NCBI RefSeq assembly: GCF_030144855.1
Contig: NC_082708.1
Coordinates: forward strand, 144,522,001-144,586,000
Direction: 5' to 3'
Length of the DNA stretch: 64,000 nt
Source: Hypanus sabinus
Taxonomy: Eukaryota
Shown: positions 61,800 to 64,000 of the stretch, in pieces
Numbering within the stretch: the stretch's first letter is position 1
Layout: each line of letters starts with the position of its first letter
The notes under the pieces: generated by a model
Seen by the model: only the letters and a program-made list of their open reading frames with translations
What the model was told of the DNA's origin: nothing
Database searches by the model: none
Position numbers and translations under genes: made by a program

Positions 61800-64000
61800 G
61801 TCACAGTTGAATTGGCCAGGAGGCCTCATGCATCAGCAAAGGAAAATAAAATTGAGACAGGGACTAATGGAGCAGCTATTCTATAAGTGGGCTAGTGTTA
61901 GAGTGCGGAGGCTTTATGCTTATGGGGCTTGACTGAGGTAAGTTTCTTCTTTATTCTTAATTTTTTGCCTCTTGGTACATAGTAAGCAATGAGAGTGACT
62001 CCATATTGTGGTGTTCTTTGTGTGAGATGTGGGAATTCTGGGATACCACATCTGCACTAGGTGCACCAAGCTGCCGCCCCTCAGAGAACGTGTTAAGGAA
62101 CTGTTGCTGCAACTTAATGACCTTCAGCTCATATGGGAAACTGCGGAGATGATAGGTAGAGACTACAGGGAGGTAAATGCCCCTCAGTTGGCTGTGAGGA
62201 GAGTGAAGGAAATGGGCAGTAAGTGCAGAATCCCCTGTGGCTGTTCCCCTCAATAATAAATAGACCATTTTGGATTCTGCTAAAGGGAACGACCTACAGG
62301 GGCGGGGGGGGGGGGGGATCCAAAATGACTGTGTCTCTGGCACTAAGTCTGGCAGTGTGGCTCAGAAGGGAATAGGCGAGAAGGGGACTGCAGTGGTGAT
62401 AGGGGATTACATAGTAGAAGGAGTAGACATGAGATTCTGTAGAAGCAATAGAGACACCTGGATGGTATGTTGCCTTCCAGGTGCCAGCTTTAGGGATCTG
62501 GTCCACGGGATTCTAAAGGGGGAAACACAAGGAGGCCCTGAAGAGAGAATTTAGGGAGCTAGGTAGAAAGCTGTATAGCAGGACCTCCAGGGTAGTAATC
62601 TCTGGATTGCTGCCTGCATCACGTGCCAGTGAGAGTAAGAGTAGGATGAATGGGTGGCTCAGAAATTGGTGTATGGGGACAGGGTTTCAGATTTCCGGAT
62701 CATTGCGATTTCGTCTGGGGAAGGTGTGGCCTGTACAAAAGGGGCACGTTACACCTGAATCCAAGGGAGACCAATAGCCTTGTGGGCAGGTTTGTTAGAA
62801 ATGTTGTGGAGGGTTTAAGCTAATTTGGCAGGCAGGTGGGAACTAGAGTGACAGGGCTGAGGACAGGACTGTTGGTTAACAAACAGAGGCAGTGTGTAGT
62901 GAGACTGTCAGGCAGGACAGGCAGAGGATAGGGAAAAATTATGATCAGTGGGATGAGTTGCTGTGTAAAAGTGGGACAAAATCTAAAAGCTTGTCGGCTA
63001 CAGGATTGAAGGTTCTATATTTGATTGCACGCAGTATATGGAATAAAGCAGATGATCTTACAGTGCAGTTAGAGATTGGCAGGTATGAACTTGTGGGCAT
63101 CATTGAGTCATGGCAGAAAGAAGACTATAGTTGGGATCTTAACATTCAATGATACACATTATATCGAAAAGACAGGCAGGTAGGGGGTAGTGTGGCTTCG
63201 TTGATAAAAAATGAAATCAAATCCTTAGGAAGAAATGACATAGGACCGGAAGATGTGGAATCATTGTGGGTAGAGTTAAGAAAATGCAAGGGTAAAAAGA
63301 CCCTGATGGGAGTTATATACAGTACAGGTTTCTGAACAGCAGCCAGACTGTGGGCTAAACTACAATGGGAAGTAGAAACGGCGTGTAAAGTGGGCAATAT
63401 TGCGATAATCATGGGGGATTTTAATGTGCAGATTGATTGGAAAAATCAGGTTGGTGCTGGACCCCAAAAGAGAGTTTTTGTAGAATACCTACAAAATGGC
63501 TTTTTAAAGGAGCTTGTGGCTGAGCCCATGAGGGAATCAGCTATTCTGTGTTGTGAATCAGATTTGACTTGGCAACTGGAATGCTTAGGAGGCAGTGATC
63601 GTAATATGATAGAATCTAAGGAGAAGCTAAAGTCAGATGTATTACCATTACAGTGAAGTAAGGGGAATTACACAGGCATGAGAGAGGAGCTGGATGAAGT
63701 TGATTGAAAGGGGACACTAGCAGGGATGACAGCAAAGCAGCATGAGCTGGAGTTTCTGGGAGCAATTTGGAAGGCATGGCTTAGATACATCCCAAAGAAA
63801 AATAAATATTCTAAAGGCAGGATGATGCAACTGTGGTGAACAAGGGAAGTCAAAGCCAACATAAAAGTAAAAGAGAGAGCATACAATTAGCAAAACTTAT
63901 TGGGAAGTTAGAGGATTGGGAAATTTTTAAAAACAAATGAAAGGGAACTAAAAATGCCACAAGGGGGAAAGGATGAAATATGATGGTAAGCTAGCCAACA
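61800..64000 (+). mobile_element. CR1 LINE 5' portion (ORF1 plus endonuclease), continuing beyond the window
   Basis: ORF1 HICTRC, coiled coil and SGNH-esterase-like AVVIGDYIV...VCCLPGA. ORF2 APE motifs KVLYLIARSIWNK and IIMGDFN. Confidence 0.85.

Overview
This is vertebrate genomic DNA, not prokaryotic. The repeat content (CR1/HER1 LINEs, HE1/V-SINE-like SINEs, Rex1/Babar, Penelope-like elements) suggests a cartilaginous fish, probably a ray or skate; that assignment is inference. The window holds two convergent genes: the last six coding exons of POLR2B (+ strand, 2225-10591) and a complete five-exon IGFBP7 (- strand, 47694 to 11105, about 257 aa). Their AATAAA signals face each other only 25 nt apart. 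IGFBP7 intron 1 (about 22.6 kb) contains a pyruvate kinase M processed pseudogene with a poly(A) remnant and a 14-bp TSD, a full-length Gypsy LTR retrotransposon with a tRNA-Trp PBS and a -1 frameshift signal, a Tc1 transposon, SINEs and a 0.9-kb polypyrimidine tract. Upstream of IGFBP7 lie CR1 LINEs, a solo LTR and an internally deleted BEL/Pao element. Penelope-like termini carry degenerate minimal hammerhead-ribozyme motifs. No wholly new multi-gene system is evident. The most interesting signals are the retrocopy, the hammerhead motifs, the interlocked poly(A) sites and the LTR-element features. Exon and LTR coordinates were read by eye; boundaries of degenerate repeats are approximate.
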